A stretch of 64,000 nt of DNA. Origin: Longimicrobiales bacterium (GTDB lineage: Bacteria; Gemmatimonadota; Gemmatimonadetes; Longimicrobiales; Gaopeijiaceae). Both the position numbers and the translations under genes were made by a program. Numbering within the stretch: the stretch's first letter is position 1; the number at the start of each line of letters is the position of its first letter. Below the pieces are notes generated by a model, which was given only the letters and a program-made list of their open reading frames with translations, did not search any database and had not been told where the DNA came from. The stretch lies in contig OZ250165.1 in assembly GCA_965238005.1 (NCBI GenBank), positions 3,648,001 to 3,712,000 of the forward strand, given 5' to 3'. Shown here piece by piece: positions 10,148 to 20,670 of this stretch.

Positions 10148-13111
10148 ATGACGAGCACGACGCGTTCCCGCGGCGACCCTGCGCTCGCCGCCCGCCTCGG
10201 GCGGGAGCTGGAAGGCGATGTGCTCTTCGACCCATTCAGCCGCGGTCTCTATTCCACCGACGCCTCCATCTACCAGATCGAGCCGGTGGGCGTCGTGGTG
10301 CCCCGGACCGTGGACGACGTGTCACGGACGCTGGAGATCGCGGCCGAGAGCGGCTTTTCAGTGACTCCGCGCGGCGCCGGCACCTCCCAGTCCGGTCAGG
10401 CCATCGGGGATGGCCTGGTCATGGATACCAGCAAGTACCTGATCGGCGTCGGGAAGCTCGATACCGATCGGCAGACGATCAGGGTTCGCCCCGGCGTGGT
10501 TCTGGATGACCTCAACCGGATGCTTGCACCCCATGGACTGTTCTTCCCGGTGGACGTGGCCACCGCAGCACAGGCCACCCTGGGCGGCATGGCGGCCAAC
10601 AACAGTGCCGGCGCTCGTTCCATCCGGTACGGGATGATGGTGGACAACGTCCGTCGGGTGGACGGATTCCTGTCGGACGGAACGCCGGTGAGCTTCGGTC
10701 TCGGGACGCCCTCGGACGGGCCCGAAGCCGAGCTCGCCGGCACCCTGGCCGCCCTGAGGCAGCGCGAGGCGGAGGAGCTGGAGCTCCGCATCCCCAAGGT
10801 CATGCGGAGGGTCGCGGGTTACAACCTCGACCGCATATCCCCGCAAGGCGGAGAGATCGTGCGGCTCCTGATAGGCTCGGAGGGCACCCTGGCGTTCTTC
10901 ACCGACCTCGAGCTACAGCTCGCTCCCCTGCCTTCGGGCACGGTCCTGGGAGTGTGTGCCTTCCCCGATCTCGACCGAGCCCTGAAGGCCGTGCGCGCGA
11001 TCGTGGAGCTCGAGCCCTCCGCAGTAGAGCTCGTGGACGGAACGCTTCTGGATTTGGCCCGGGAGATCCCCGATCTGCGAGACGCCGTAACCGAATTCGT
11101 CCGGGGCGAGCCACGCGCCCTGCTCCTTGTTGAGTTCTCGGGCGCCGACCAGGGTCGCCTCTCCGCCGATCTGGACCGACTCCAAGAGCTCATGGGTGAT
11201 CTGGGCCACCCGGGCGCGGTTGTCCGAGCGGAGACCTCCGACTTCCAGCGCCGGATCTGGGCCGTGCGCAAGGCCGGCATGAGCGTCGTCATGTCCATGA
11301 AGGGCGACCGGAAGCCTGTGTCCTTCATCGAGGACTGCACGGTTCCCCTTGAACACCTCCCCGAGTACGGGGCGCGGCTCGAGGAGATCTTCCACCGCCA
11401 CGGAACCACCGGCACATGGTATGCCCACGCGTCGGTGGGCTGCCTTCACGTTCGCCCGATCCTGAACCTGAAGCAGGATTCCGATCTGAAGACGATGCGG
11501 GCCATCGCGGAGGAGGCTCACGAGCTGGTGAGGGAGTTCGGAGGATCGCACTCGGGCGAGCACGGGGACGGGCTGGTGCGCTCCGAGTTCCTGGAGCCCA
11601 TGTTGGGGAGCCGGCTGGTGCGGGCGTTCGAGGGGATCAAGGCGGCCTTCGATCCCTCGGGCACGCTCAACCCCGGGAAGATCGTGAACCCGACCCGCAT
11701 GGACGACCGCACCCTTCTGCGCTTCAAGGCGGGCTACGTGTCGCTTCCCGTCGAGACGTCCATGGACTGGTCCGCGTGGGGCGGGTGGGCCGGCGCCATC
11801 GAGATGTGCAACAACAACGGGGCCTGTCGCAAGCGGGACCCGGGGGTCATGTGCCCCTCCTTCCGGGCGACCCAAGACGAGCGCCACAGCACCCGAGGAC
11901 GGGCGAACACACTGCGGTTGGCCCTCACCGGGCAATTGGGCCCGGACGCCCTCACCTCCGCCGACATGTACGAGACGCTGGCCCTCTGTGTCGGGTGCAA
12001 GGCGTGCCGGAAGGAGTGTCCCACCGGGGTGGACGTGGCTCGTATGAAAACGGAGTTCCTCGGCCACTACCACCGCCGGCACGGGCTTCCCCTTCGCGAG
12101 CGCCTGGTGGCGTGGCTCCCCCGCTACGCCCCGTGGGCTGCACGGTTGCCGGAGCTGGCCAACCTGGGCCGTCCCGGAGGATGGCTGGCACGAGCCGGCG
12201 AGCGGCTGCTCGGCCTCTCGGCGCGCCGGGAACGTCCGCGTTGGTGCCGAGACATCTTTCGAGGCCCAGACGGGCGATCCCTCCGCCGGGGTCCGTCCCT
12301 CGGCCGGCCACCCCATGCGCGTCGTGGCCGAAGGTCGGGTTCCGACGGCGATCCGATGGCGGCGGGTGGTGGCCGAGAGGTCGTCCTCTGGGCCGACACG
12401 TTCAACACGTACTTCGAGCCTGAGAACGTACGTACGGCCGTACAGGTGCTCGAGGCCGCCGGGTATCGGGTCCGCGGGCCCATTCTTCCCCGACGCCCAC
12501 CCTGCTGCGGTCGCACGTTCCTGAACGCTGGCCTGGTTGAAGAGGCCCGCCACGAGGCCCGGCGCCTTCTGAACGCCCTCGGTCCTTGGGCGGAACGTGG
12601 CGTCCCCGTCGTCGGCTTAGAGCCTTCATGCCTCCTCACGCTCCGGGATGAGCTCCCGGACCTGCTCCCCGGGGAGGAAAGCACGAGACTGGCGGAGCAG
12701 GCATTTCTCCTTGACGAGTTCTTGGCCGCCGAAAGAGTCGAGGAACGCGCCCACCTCGACCTCGGTGCGGTGGACGCCCGGAGGGTCCTCGTGCACACCC
12801 ACTGTCACCAGAAGGCGCTGGGCCGTGAGGGGACTACGGAGACGGTCCTCGGATGGATCCCCGGGCTGGAGGTCGAGACGGTCAAGGCGGGGTGCTGCGG
12901 GATGGCCGGGGCGTTCGGCTACGAGGCCGAGCACTACCAGGTGTCCATGGCCATGGCCGAGCTCGATCTGCTCCCGGCCATCCGCAAAGCCGGGTCCGAC
13001 ACCTGGATTGTGGCGGCCGGTACGAGCTGCCGGCATCAGATCGCGCACGGGGCCCGGCGGCCGGCCCTCTCCCTGGGCCAGGTGCTCGTGGCGTCCCTCG
13101 AGCGTCGTTGA
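10148..13111 (+). CDS. FAD-linked 2-hydroxyacid oxidoreductase fused to Fe-S/CCG domains (GlcD+GlcF, YdiJ-like)
   Basis: YSTDASIY, RGAGTS, GSEGTL, SGEHGDG, CNNNGAC, CVGCKACRKECP, CCGMAG. Confidence 0.9.
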   Translation: MTSTTRSRGDPALAARLGRELEGDVLFDPFSRGLYSTDASIYQIEPVGVVVPRTVDDVSRTLEIAAESGFSVTPRGAGTSQSGQAIGDGLVMDTSKYLIGVGKLDTDRQTIRVRPGVVLDDLNRMLAPHGLFFPVDVATAAQATLGGMAANNSAGARSIRYGMMVDNVRRVDGFLSDGTPVSFGLGTPSDGPEAELAGTLAALRQREAEELELRIPKVMRRVAGYNLDRISPQGGEIVRLLIGSEGTLAFFTDLELQLAPLPSGTVLGVCAFPDLDRALKAVRAIVELEPSAVELVDGTLLDLAREIPDLRDAVTEFVRGEPRALLLVEFSGADQGRLSADLDRLQELMGDLGHPGAVVRAETSDFQRRIWAVRKAGMSVVMSMKGDRKPVSFIEDCTVPLEHLPEYGARLEEIFHRHGTTGTWYAHASVGCLHVRPILNLKQDSDLKTMRAIAEEAHELVREFGGSHSGEHGDGLVRSEFLEPMLGSRLVRAFEGIKAAFDPSGTLNPGKIVNPTRMDDRTLLRFKAGYVSLPVETSMDWSAWGGWAGAIEMCNNNGACRKRDPGVMCPSFRATQDERHSTRGRANTLRLALTGQLGPDALTSADMYETLALCVGCKACRKECPTGVDVARMKTEFLGHYHRRHGLPLRERLVAWLPRYAPWAARLPELANLGRPGGWLARAGERLLGLSARRERPRWCRDIFRGPDGRSLRRGPSLGRPPHARRGRRSGSDGDPMAAGGGREVVLWADTFNTYFEPENVRTAVQVLEAAGYRVRGPILPRRPPCCGRTFLNAGLVEEARHEARRLLNALGPWAERGVPVVGLEPSCLLTLRDELPDLLPGEESTRLAEQAFLLDEFLAAERVEERAHLDLGAVDARRVLVHTHCHQKALGREGTTETVLGWIPGLEVETVKAGCCGMAGAFGYEAEHYQVSMAMAELDLLPAIRKAGSDTWIVAAGTSCRHQIAHGARRPALSLGQVLVASLERR

Positions 13112-13353
13112 CACGACGCCGGCCCCGCGAACGCACCCGCTGCACCCAGCACGATCCCGGCCACGGCCAGGCGTAGTAGCTTCCTAGTCATGCCGGGAAC
13201 GTAGAGGGCATCGGACACATCTGGAAGAAGCGGCCGCCTCCTTGCTCGCCCGGCGGTCTTGACCTACGGTGGTCCTTCCGGCTCCGGCGGGTCTCAGGAC
13301 TCTCCGACCCCGCCTTACCCGGACGACCACCGCCCCGCCACCTGGAGGCATCT

Positions 13354-14364
13354 ATGACGCACGACCCGACCTCCGAGGTCCCCATCATCGACGTCGCTCC
13401 CCTTGTGGCCGAAGCCGGCGACCAGGAGGCGGTGGCAGCCAGCATGGGGCAGGCCTGCAGGGAGAAAGGCTTCTTCTACGTCGTTGGGCACGGCGTCAGC
13501 GAGGACCTCCACCAGCGGCTCGAGGAGCTCAGCCACGCCTTCTTCGCACAGGATCTGGAGACGAAGCTCGAGATCCGGATGGCCCTCGCTGGCAAGGCCT
13601 GGCGAGGCTACTTCCCGGTGGGCGACGAGCTCACCTCGGGCAAACCCGACGTCAAGGAGGGGCTCTACTTCGGGTCGGAGCTGAGTGAGGACGATCCTCG
13701 CGTACGTGCGTGCCTCCCCCTACATGGGCCGAACCTCTTTCCGGCGGGGATCCCGGGCTTCGGCTACACGATCCTGGAGTACATGGCGGCCCTGACGGAT
13801 CTGGGTCATGCGCTCATGAGGGGCATGGCGCTGAGCTTGGGCCTGGAGCCGAGCTATTTCCGGGAGCGGTACATGGCGGATCCCCTCACCCTGCTGCGCA
13901 TCTTCCACTACCCGCCCGTAACGGTGGACCCCGAGGTCGAGGAGCAGTGGGGCGTCGGTGAACACACCGATTACGGTGTCCTGACCATCCTAAAGCAGGA
14001 CGACGTGGGCGGGCTCCAGGTCAAGACACGGTCACGGTGGATCGACGCCCCTCCCGTGCCTGACTCGTTCGTGTGCAACATCGGCGACATGCTGGACCGC
14101 CTGACCCGCGGGCTCTACCGGTCCACGCCCCACCGGGTGCAGAACGTGTCCGGACGAAGCCGGCTCTCGTTCCCATTCTTCTTCGACCCCGGATTCGACG
14201 CGCACGTCGAGGCCATCGATCTGAGTAGCGTGCCCATTCTGGAGGACGACAAGGACGAGCGCTGGGACCATGCCAGCGTGCACGACTTCGAAGGCACCTA
14301 CGGCGACTATGTCCTGGGCAAGGTCTCGAAGGTGTTTCCCGAGCTCCGGCGGAGTGTGATGTAG
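13354..14364 (+). CDS. 2-oxoglutarate/Fe(II) dioxygenase, isopenicillin N synthase family
   Basis: GFFYVVGHG, HTDYG (HxD), STPHRV, RLSFPFF; GGAGG RBS. Confidence 0.9.
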   Translation: MTHDPTSEVPIIDVAPLVAEAGDQEAVAASMGQACREKGFFYVVGHGVSEDLHQRLEELSHAFFAQDLETKLEIRMALAGKAWRGYFPVGDELTSGKPDVKEGLYFGSELSEDDPRVRACLPLHGPNLFPAGIPGFGYTILEYMAALTDLGHALMRGMALSLGLEPSYFRERYMADPLTLLRIFHYPPVTVDPEVEEQWGVGEHTDYGVLTILKQDDVGGLQVKTRSRWIDAPPVPDSFVCNIGDMLDRLTRGLYRSTPHRVQNVSGRSRLSFPFFFDPGFDAHVEAIDLSSVPILEDDKDERWDHASVHDFEGTYGDYVLGKVSKVFPELRRSVM

Positions 14365-14410
14365 TGAGCCGGGTGGGTGGCGAACCCACGACCCACGAAT
14401 TAAAAGTCCG
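14365..14410 (-). repeat. Degenerate copy of tRNA-Lys 3' half (att site remnant, outer)
   Basis: 42/46 identical to 32702-32747. Confidence 0.9.
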
Positions 14411-14635
14411 ATAGCAGCATATTCGCAGAATGCCGGCGAGGCTGTCCAAGTTGCTACGAGTTGGGGGGGTTAGGGGGTCGATTGTTCTCTCGAGCCCTCC
14501 CTAGATTCGACCAGTTTCGGGGAGTTTGGGGTCCCGGTTGGGGCCCCAACGGCCGGGGGTCCGAGAGCCGGAGCACGACCTTCTCAAGCGCGGGATCCCG
14601 TCGACTCTTCGCGGAGCACGGCCCCATCAAGAAGG

Positions 14636-15634
14636 CTACTCGGCCTTCAACACCATCACGAGATCCACCGCCGTCGCGCTACGAGCGGGTGCCAGGCACG
14701 CCGCGGCGGACACCAGTACCAACACGGCGCCGACAATGAGCAGCGTCGCGGGGTCGTTGGGCTCCATGTCATAGAGGAAGCCGCCAAGCACTCGCGAGAG
14801 CCCGAGGGTAGCGATCATACCGAGGGCAACGCCCGCCATCGCCACACGCATCCCCTGGCTCAGAACCATCCGGAGCACTGCCGCGCGATCCGCGCCGAGC
14901 GCCATCCGGACACCCAGTTCGCGCTGACGTCGCCTCACGGAATGGGACAGAGAGCCATAGAGACCCGCTGCAGCGAGGAGCATCGCGACGATGGCGAACG
15001 CCCCGACGAGCATCGCCTGAAATCGTGGCGTCGTGCGGGTGGCCGACACGCGATCCCGCATGGTGTTTAGGTTCTGCGGAAGCAAATCGGTTTCAGCGAG
15101 AGCCCTGCGCAGCTCGGGCACGATCACGTCTGTCGGCAACTCCGTCCGGACCACGGACCAACGGGACAACAGCTGCGTCACATCCGCCTGGGTATATGGG
15201 ATGTAGATCGCGGGTCGGGATCCTTCTTCGGCACGCCCCTGCACTACGTCCTCGACCACACCCACGATTCGCATCGGGAGGAGGTCGTCACCCGCCCCCG
15301 GACCTTCCGTGGCTCTACGGACGAGCATGTCGATGGGGTCGCCGCCTTCGAGCTGCGTGCGAACGAAGCTCTCGTTGACCAAAACGACGTACTCCGCGTC
15401 GCGCCCATCCTGACGTTCGATCCCCCGCCCCTGGAGTAGTTCGATACCCAGGGTCTCGAGGTATCCCGGGGTGACCACGTACCCAGCGATCCCGTCCCGC
15501 ACTGCCTCGGACGCGTCGTCGGGCAAGAGCAGCCTGGGTGCCCAGCTCGGGGCCTGGAACGGCAAGTCGGATGCTGCTGCCACCGACTCGACACCGGGCA
15601 CGGCGCCGAGCTTGGCAAGCGCCGGGTCCCACAC
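14636..15634 (-). pseudogene. C-terminal fragment of ADOP/MacB-FtsX ABC permease
   Basis: VPGVESVAAAS, RELGVRMALGA, PARSATAVDLVMVLKAE; about 330 aa where full-length members are about 800 aa. Confidence 0.8.
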
Positions 15635-15868
15635 GGTCCAGACTGCCCCACACCAAAACGAACGTCGCCGGCGCTCGACATGGCCGTAGTCATCGTGATG
15701 AGCCCAACACCCAGTCCCCCCGTTCGAGATTCTCCGTCGAGGCCACGCATGTTCAGCGTGTCCGTTACCGGCATACGGAGGCCCGACGAGGTCGACTGGT
15801 CCTCCAGCCGGCCGCCCTGTAGAATGAAAGGGTTTGGACGGCGGAGGCCGTGAGATCGGAGGAGAACC

Positions 15869-17062
15869 ATGATTTCAACGCGTGGAGCGCTCGTTGGCGC
15901 AGCCTCGCTCGGGCTCATCGGAGCGCTTTGGGTGGGGTTGAGCGGTCGGGACACGAGGGCCTCGGTGGGTCAGCAGGCCGACGTCGAGGCCCCGCTGTTC
16001 GAGGTCGATCCGCTCTGGCCGAAACCCTTGCCGGACCACTGGATCCTTGGCTCCATCATCGGCGTTTCGGTCGATTCCCGGGACCACGTTTGGATCATCC
16101 ACCGGCAGACAACGTTCGACGCGAGAACGGAGATCGGTGCGATGGCCGATCCTCCCATCGCCGAGTGCTGTATCCCGGCACCGAACATCCTCGAGTTCGA
16201 CCCGGACGGGAATCTCGTCGGCCACTGGGGTGGCCCGGGCGAAGGCTACGACTGGCCCGAGTCCAACCACGGCATCACCGTCGACCACATGGACAACATC
16301 TGGATCGGCGGAAACGGCCAGGAGGACTCGCACATCCTGAAGTTCGCACGCGACGGGACCTTCCTGATGCAGCTCGGGCAGCCCGGGATGCGCACCGGGA
16401 GCAACGACCGGGTGAACTTCTGGAGAGTGGCGAAGATCTCCATCGATCCCGACGCGAACGAGGCCTATGTCGCCGATGGCTACGGCAACAAGCGCGTGGC
16501 CGTGCTCGATGCCTCGACGGGCGAATTCAAGCGATACTGGGGTGCCTACGGGAACCGACCCGACGACGCCACGATCCCGCCGTACAGTCCCGACGCGGCC
16601 CCCGCGCAGCAGTTCCGGAGCCCGGTCCACTGCGCGGAGATCTCGCGCGACAAGCTGATCTACGTCTGCGACCGCGCGAGCGACCGCATCCAGGTCTTTC
16701 AGAGGGACGGCACGTTCGTGACCGAGGCCTTCGTCGCGCCCGCGACGCTCGGCTCAGGCTCGACGTGGGACATCGCCTTCTCTCGCGATCCCGAGCAACG
16801 GTTCATCTACCTGGCCGACGGATCCAACCAGAAGGTCCACGTCATAGAGCGTGAGTCCTTGGAGGTTCTGACGACGTTCGGAACCGGTGGACGACAGCCG
16901 AGCCAGTTCTTTGGCGTGCACAGTATCGCCACGGATTCGCAAGGCAACATCTATACGACCGAGACCTACGAAGGAAAGCGTCTCCAGAAGTTCGTGTTCA
17001 AAGGCCTCGGGAAGGTCACGGGGAGGGACCAGGGGGCGGTTTGGCCCATCTCCCGCGACTGA
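15869..17062 (+). CDS. Exported NHL-repeat beta-propeller, peptidyl-alpha-hydroxyglycine lyase-like
   Basis: Signal anchor; EVDPLWPKPLP, HGITVD, YVADGYGNKRV, YVCDR..DRIQVF. Confidence 0.8.
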   Translation: MISTRGALVGAASLGLIGALWVGLSGRDTRASVGQQADVEAPLFEVDPLWPKPLPDHWILGSIIGVSVDSRDHVWIIHRQTTFDARTEIGAMADPPIAECCIPAPNILEFDPDGNLVGHWGGPGEGYDWPESNHGITVDHMDNIWIGGNGQEDSHILKFARDGTFLMQLGQPGMRTGSNDRVNFWRVAKISIDPDANEAYVADGYGNKRVAVLDASTGEFKRYWGAYGNRPDDATIPPYSPDAAPAQQFRSPVHCAEISRDKLIYVCDRASDRIQVFQRDGTFVTEAFVAPATLGSGSTWDIAFSRDPEQRFIYLADGSNQKVHVIERESLEVLTTFGTGGRQPSQFFGVHSIATDSQGNIYTTETYEGKRLQKFVFKGLGKVTGRDQGAVWPISRD

Positions 17063-17138
17063 GTGATCACCTCGCCATGTCGGATCCAGCTTCCCTCGAG
17101 GTCACCCCTGTCGACGCAGCTGCACAACGGAGGCACAA

Positions 17139-18305
17139 ATGCACATGACACAGACAATATCCCGCCGGGGCTTCGTGGGTGGAGCGGCTGCCGGTCTAGG
17201 TTACCTTGGGCTGGGGCCGGGCGCGGACTTGGCCGCGCAGGGGCCATCAGGGTCGCCGCTGATGCCGTTCGACCAGCAGGCCTATGACTATGACTCCTAC
17301 GCCAAATTGGGGAGCAATGAAAACCCCTATGGCCCTTCCAAGTCGGCACTGGAAGCGATGGATTGGGCCTTCAAGTACAGCAACCGGTATGGCTATCCGG
17401 ATGGCGGCATCCTCTCAGCGATCGCGGAGCACCACGGCGTGGAGGAGGACAACGTTCTGCTCGGTGCGGGCTCAGCAGAGATCCTGAAGATAGTAGGAGT
17501 GATGTTGTTGGATCCCGACAAGAAGGTTCTGGGTGCCGAGCCCTCGTACGACCGGGTGTACCGCATTGCGAGCGGCATCAAGGCGGACGCGATCAAGGTT
17601 CCTTTGCTCGACGACTACCGGCAGGACATCCCGGCGATGATCAGGGCTACGAAGGCGCACCACCGGGACATCGGCTTCGTCTACCTCTGCAATCCGAACA
17701 ATCCGACAGGCCGGGTGGTGTATAAGGACGAGGTCCGGCAGCTCCTCGACGAAATCCCAGAGGACGTGCCGGTTCTAATCGACGAAGCGTACCACCACTT
17801 CGTAGAGGATCCCTCCTACGCGACATCCGTACCTTACGTGCTCGAGGGGCGCCAGGTCATCGTGGCCCGCACGTTCTCGAAGATCTACGGGATGGCCGGG
17901 ATGCGCCTCGGCTACGGCATCGCGCCACCTGAATTGATCCAGCGGATGATCCCCTACAGCACACGCACCGTGAACGCCCTCGTTAAATGGGGCGGTGTCG
18001 CCGCACTCAAGGACGTGCGGTCCGAGGCGCGGGTCCGAAGGGTCACCGTTGAGCTCCGCGACCGAACGACGGCTGAACTTCAGGCCCTCGGGTACAGCGT
18101 TATCCCGTCGCAAACGAACTTTTTCATGGTCCACATTCGCCGGCCAGTGCCAGGCGTCATCGCCGAGTTCAGGAAGAGAGGCGTGCTCGTCGGTCGGCCC
18201 TTCCCACCGCTGAACGAGCACCTGCGCGTATCCGTCGGCACCGACGAGGAGATGGGTCGCTTCACAACAGCGTTCAAGGAGATTTTCTCGATCGCGGCGG
18301 GGTAG
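17139..18305 (+). CDS. Tat-exported class I/II (HisC-like) PLP aminotransferase
   Basis: SRRGFV twin-arginine signal; NENPYG, CNPNNPTG, DEAY, RTFSKIYGMAGMRLG. Confidence 0.88.
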   Translation: MHMTQTISRRGFVGGAAAGLGYLGLGPGADLAAQGPSGSPLMPFDQQAYDYDSYAKLGSNENPYGPSKSALEAMDWAFKYSNRYGYPDGGILSAIAEHHGVEEDNVLLGAGSAEILKIVGVMLLDPDKKVLGAEPSYDRVYRIASGIKADAIKVPLLDDYRQDIPAMIRATKAHHRDIGFVYLCNPNNPTGRVVYKDEVRQLLDEIPEDVPVLIDEAYHHFVEDPSYATSVPYVLEGRQVIVARTFSKIYGMAGMRLGYGIAPPELIQRMIPYSTRTVNALVKWGGVAALKDVRSEARVRRVTVELRDRTTAELQALGYSVIPSQTNFFMVHIRRPVPGVIAEFRKRGVLVGRPFPPLNEHLRVSVGTDEEMGRFTTAFKEIFSIAAG

Positions 18306-18391
18306 ACCGAAAGATAGCCGTTCAAACGCGCTTTCGGGCGGACGCGGGCGCGGAGGTGCACCCCCCAAGGCGGTGACACCGAGAGCCACGG

Positions 18392-19441
18392 CTATGGCCT
18401 GAACCGGACATACTTCACGAGGCGCTGGCGGCCGACCTCTCCGGCGTAGATGTTGCCGTCGAAATCTACACCGAGGAATTCCACACCGGTGCCCACCGGC
18501 GCTTCGGAATCGGGAATGAACGAGGTGACCCAGCCGGTCTCGACGTCGCCGATCCGGATCCCCCGCTCCCACCCGGGATTCCACTGCTCGCCCGACATCC
18601 CGTCGCCCGCATACACGATGCCATGCGCATCGACGAACACGGTGCTCGGCCGGCCGAACTGAGTCCACACCGCGAGAAGGCTGCCCTCCTGATCGAAGAT
18701 CTGGATCCGGTTATTCCCCCGATCGGCGACGATGATGCGCCCCTGGGCATCGATCGTGATGTCGTGCGGATCGTTGAACTTGCCTGGATCCCCGCTGCGC
18801 GCCTCCACTCCGCCACCCACCTCCAGGAGAAACTCCCCGTCCCTCGAGAACTTGACGATCCGGTTGTTCCCGCCGCGATGTCCGTCCGAGATCCAGATGT
18901 CGCCATTCGGCGCCACGACGACTCCGGCCGGCCCGTTGAAGTGGCGCGGGCCGTAGCCCGAGACCCCGGCCTCTCCCAGGGTCATCACGACCTCGCCGTC
19001 CTGATCGACCTTGAAGACCTGGTGTCCCAAGCCGCGCTTGAGACCCTCGACCTCACGCGCGTCTCCGGCCGGCGCCCCTTCGGTCACCCACAGGTACCCC
19101 TCGTGGTCCAGGAAGAAGCCGTGTGGGAACGAGAACATCCCCGCGCCGAAGCTCTGCAACACGTTGCCGTCCAGATCGAACTTGAAGATCGCGTCCTGGT
19201 CCGAGTTCGCGCAGTGGTTCGCACCGCACCGGGAAAGAATCCAGAGGTGCTCGCCGTCCGGATCGGGAAAGATGCCGCTCGGCACTCCGAGCTTCCAGCC
19301 GTTCGGCATCTTCTCCCAGCCGTGCACGGCGCGATACGGATTGTTGGCCACCGACTGCGCCTGGGACTCAACTGCCCACGTCGCCATCAACACAGCGACG
19401 CCCATCATCAGGACAGGTCCGACTCGACTGTACCGCGACAC
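18392..19441 (-). CDS. Exported NHL-repeat beta-propeller (PAL-like)
   Basis: Signal peptide; FPHG, FNGP, SDGH..NNRIVKF, FNDPHDI, ADRGNNRIQIF. Confidence 0.82.
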   Translation of the reverse strand: MSRYSRVGPVLMMGVAVLMATWAVESQAQSVANNPYRAVHGWEKMPNGWKLGVPSGIFPDPDGEHLWILSRCGANHCANSDQDAIFKFDLDGNVLQSFGAGMFSFPHGFFLDHEGYLWVTEGAPAGDAREVEGLKRGLGHQVFKVDQDGEVVMTLGEAGVSGYGPRHFNGPAGVVVAPNGDIWISDGHRGGNNRIVKFSRDGEFLLEVGGGVEARSGDPGKFNDPHDITIDAQGRIIVADRGNNRIQIFDQEGSLLAVWTQFGRPSTVFVDAHGIVYAGDGMSGEQWNPGWERGIRIGDVETGWVTSFIPDSEAPVGTGVEFLGVDFDGNIYAGEVGRQRLVKYVRFRP

Positions 19442-19539
19442 GTTGACCTCCCTGTCAAGCTAGAGCGATGAGCGCGGCAAGGACCTCGTTCATCGCGACC
19501 TCTTTCTCTCGGGGTCGAATTTATTCCGGGCGCGAGGCT

Positions 19540-20061
19540 TTACTTCAGGGTCAATCCTTGGCCGGGGTCGATCCGTACGACGGTGTAAGTAATCGACTCT
19601 GGGACCTCGGAAAAATAGTGCGGCGTGCCTGCCGGGATGATGATGATGTCACCCTCGGCGACCTGACGGGTCACCCCGCCTTCCATTCCGGTACCCGTCC
19701 ACCCGGGCCCAGACACCATGCGCCGGCGAGCCGTGTTTTCACGCGGCCGCGGATCGAGCAAGCGACCACCGGTGACCAACGTACCCGAGCCCTCGAGGAT
19801 GGTGTAGACCTCGGTGACTTCGCTGTGGATTGTGCCGGCGACGACGTTCGCCGAGGGACCGCGATGGACGAGCGCGACGCCGACATGATGCCCGCCCGCA
19901 TCGATGGTTCGTATCGGTGTGTCCGCCACATCGTTGGCGATCGCATTCTCCAAGGCGGCTCGAGTGTCCGCCGCCGTCACGTCAACCGCAGGGATCGAGG
20001 TCGAGCCCGCCTGAGTCAGCACGAGCAAGGCTGCAAGAATGTTCGGCATTGCCCTCTCCAT
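19540..20061 (-). CDS. Exported cupin-domain protein
   Basis: HSEVTEVYTILEGSG and GDIIIIPAGTPHYF cupin motifs. Confidence 0.8.
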   Translation of the reverse strand: MERAMPNILAALLVLTQAGSTSIPAVDVTAADTRAALENAIANDVADTPIRTIDAGGHHVGVALVHRGPSANVVAGTIHSEVTEVYTILEGSGTLVTGGRLLDPRPRENTARRRMVSGPGWTGTGMEGGVTRQVAEGDIIIIPAGTPHYFSEVPESITYTVVRIDPGQGLTLK

Positions 20062-20171
20062 TGTTGAGGCCGTCCCCGAGGATCGACTTGGGAATCACCG
20101 ATTAGGTCCACTAGTACAGATTCCACCGATGGTCTTCGCGCATGGTTCCGGCCAGACGATACGACAGACTG

Positions 20172-20595
20172 AGTTCTGTCTCAACACTGGCCGCCTTTGC
20201 TCCGCTGGGTCCGGGTGCCGAGCCCGTTCCCCACCATCATCGCTCGTATGCAGCCATCCGACTCCCCATGCCGCTTCAGCACGCCTCCGGTCTGCCCTCC
20301 GTCGTGCCTTACCAGATCGCGCAAGCGTTGGTTCTGTGCGCCACGACTTCCGTCGTGAGGCCGGCCGTCGGTCCGCTTGCCGCCGACGGCGCGTCGGAGA
20401 GGGTCACCGGTTCTCCGTCGCCCGGATCCTCCGACTGGACGGTCAGGGGTCTCCCAGGTTACCGGGCCGTCCTCTTCGGCCGTGCCGCAGTCGTCCACCC
20501 CGTCGGTCCCCCTTCGGCTCGCCCTTAGCGCTTCCGGGAGTGCTGCTTTCAGCGTTGGTGAGCCTTTGAGCATCCAGGAGCTTGGCCACGAGACC
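20172..20595 (-). mobile_element. Probable internal fragment of a group II intron ribozyme (part of DI to DIII), no RT ORF
   Basis: Minus strand reads GGATGCTCAAAGGCTCACC..GAAAGCAGCA..GGCGAG..ACGGGGT..GGCACG..GTAACCTGGGAGACCC..GGAGTCGGATGGCTGCATACGAGCGATGA..GGGGAACGGG..CACCCGGACCC..GAGCAAAGGCGGCC, resembling conserved bacterial group II intron 5' motifs (recognised from memory). Confidence 0.6.
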
Positions 20596-20670
20596 GTGGG
20601 GCGGGTAGTCTTCGTTGTCGAAGAGGATCGTGACCGGGGTGCCGGCGGTGACCGTGAATGCGGGGACGTC

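Noticed and set aside
12260..12375. Arg/Gly/Pro-rich insertion in the FAD/Fe-S oxidoreductase as a frameshift
   Set aside because: Frame and downstream motifs are intact; probably a variable linker
468..15634. The two ADOP permease fragments as halves of one split gene
   Set aside because: On the minus strand the N-terminal piece lies downstream of the C-terminal piece, so they are not collinear; more likely independent remnants of a multicopy family
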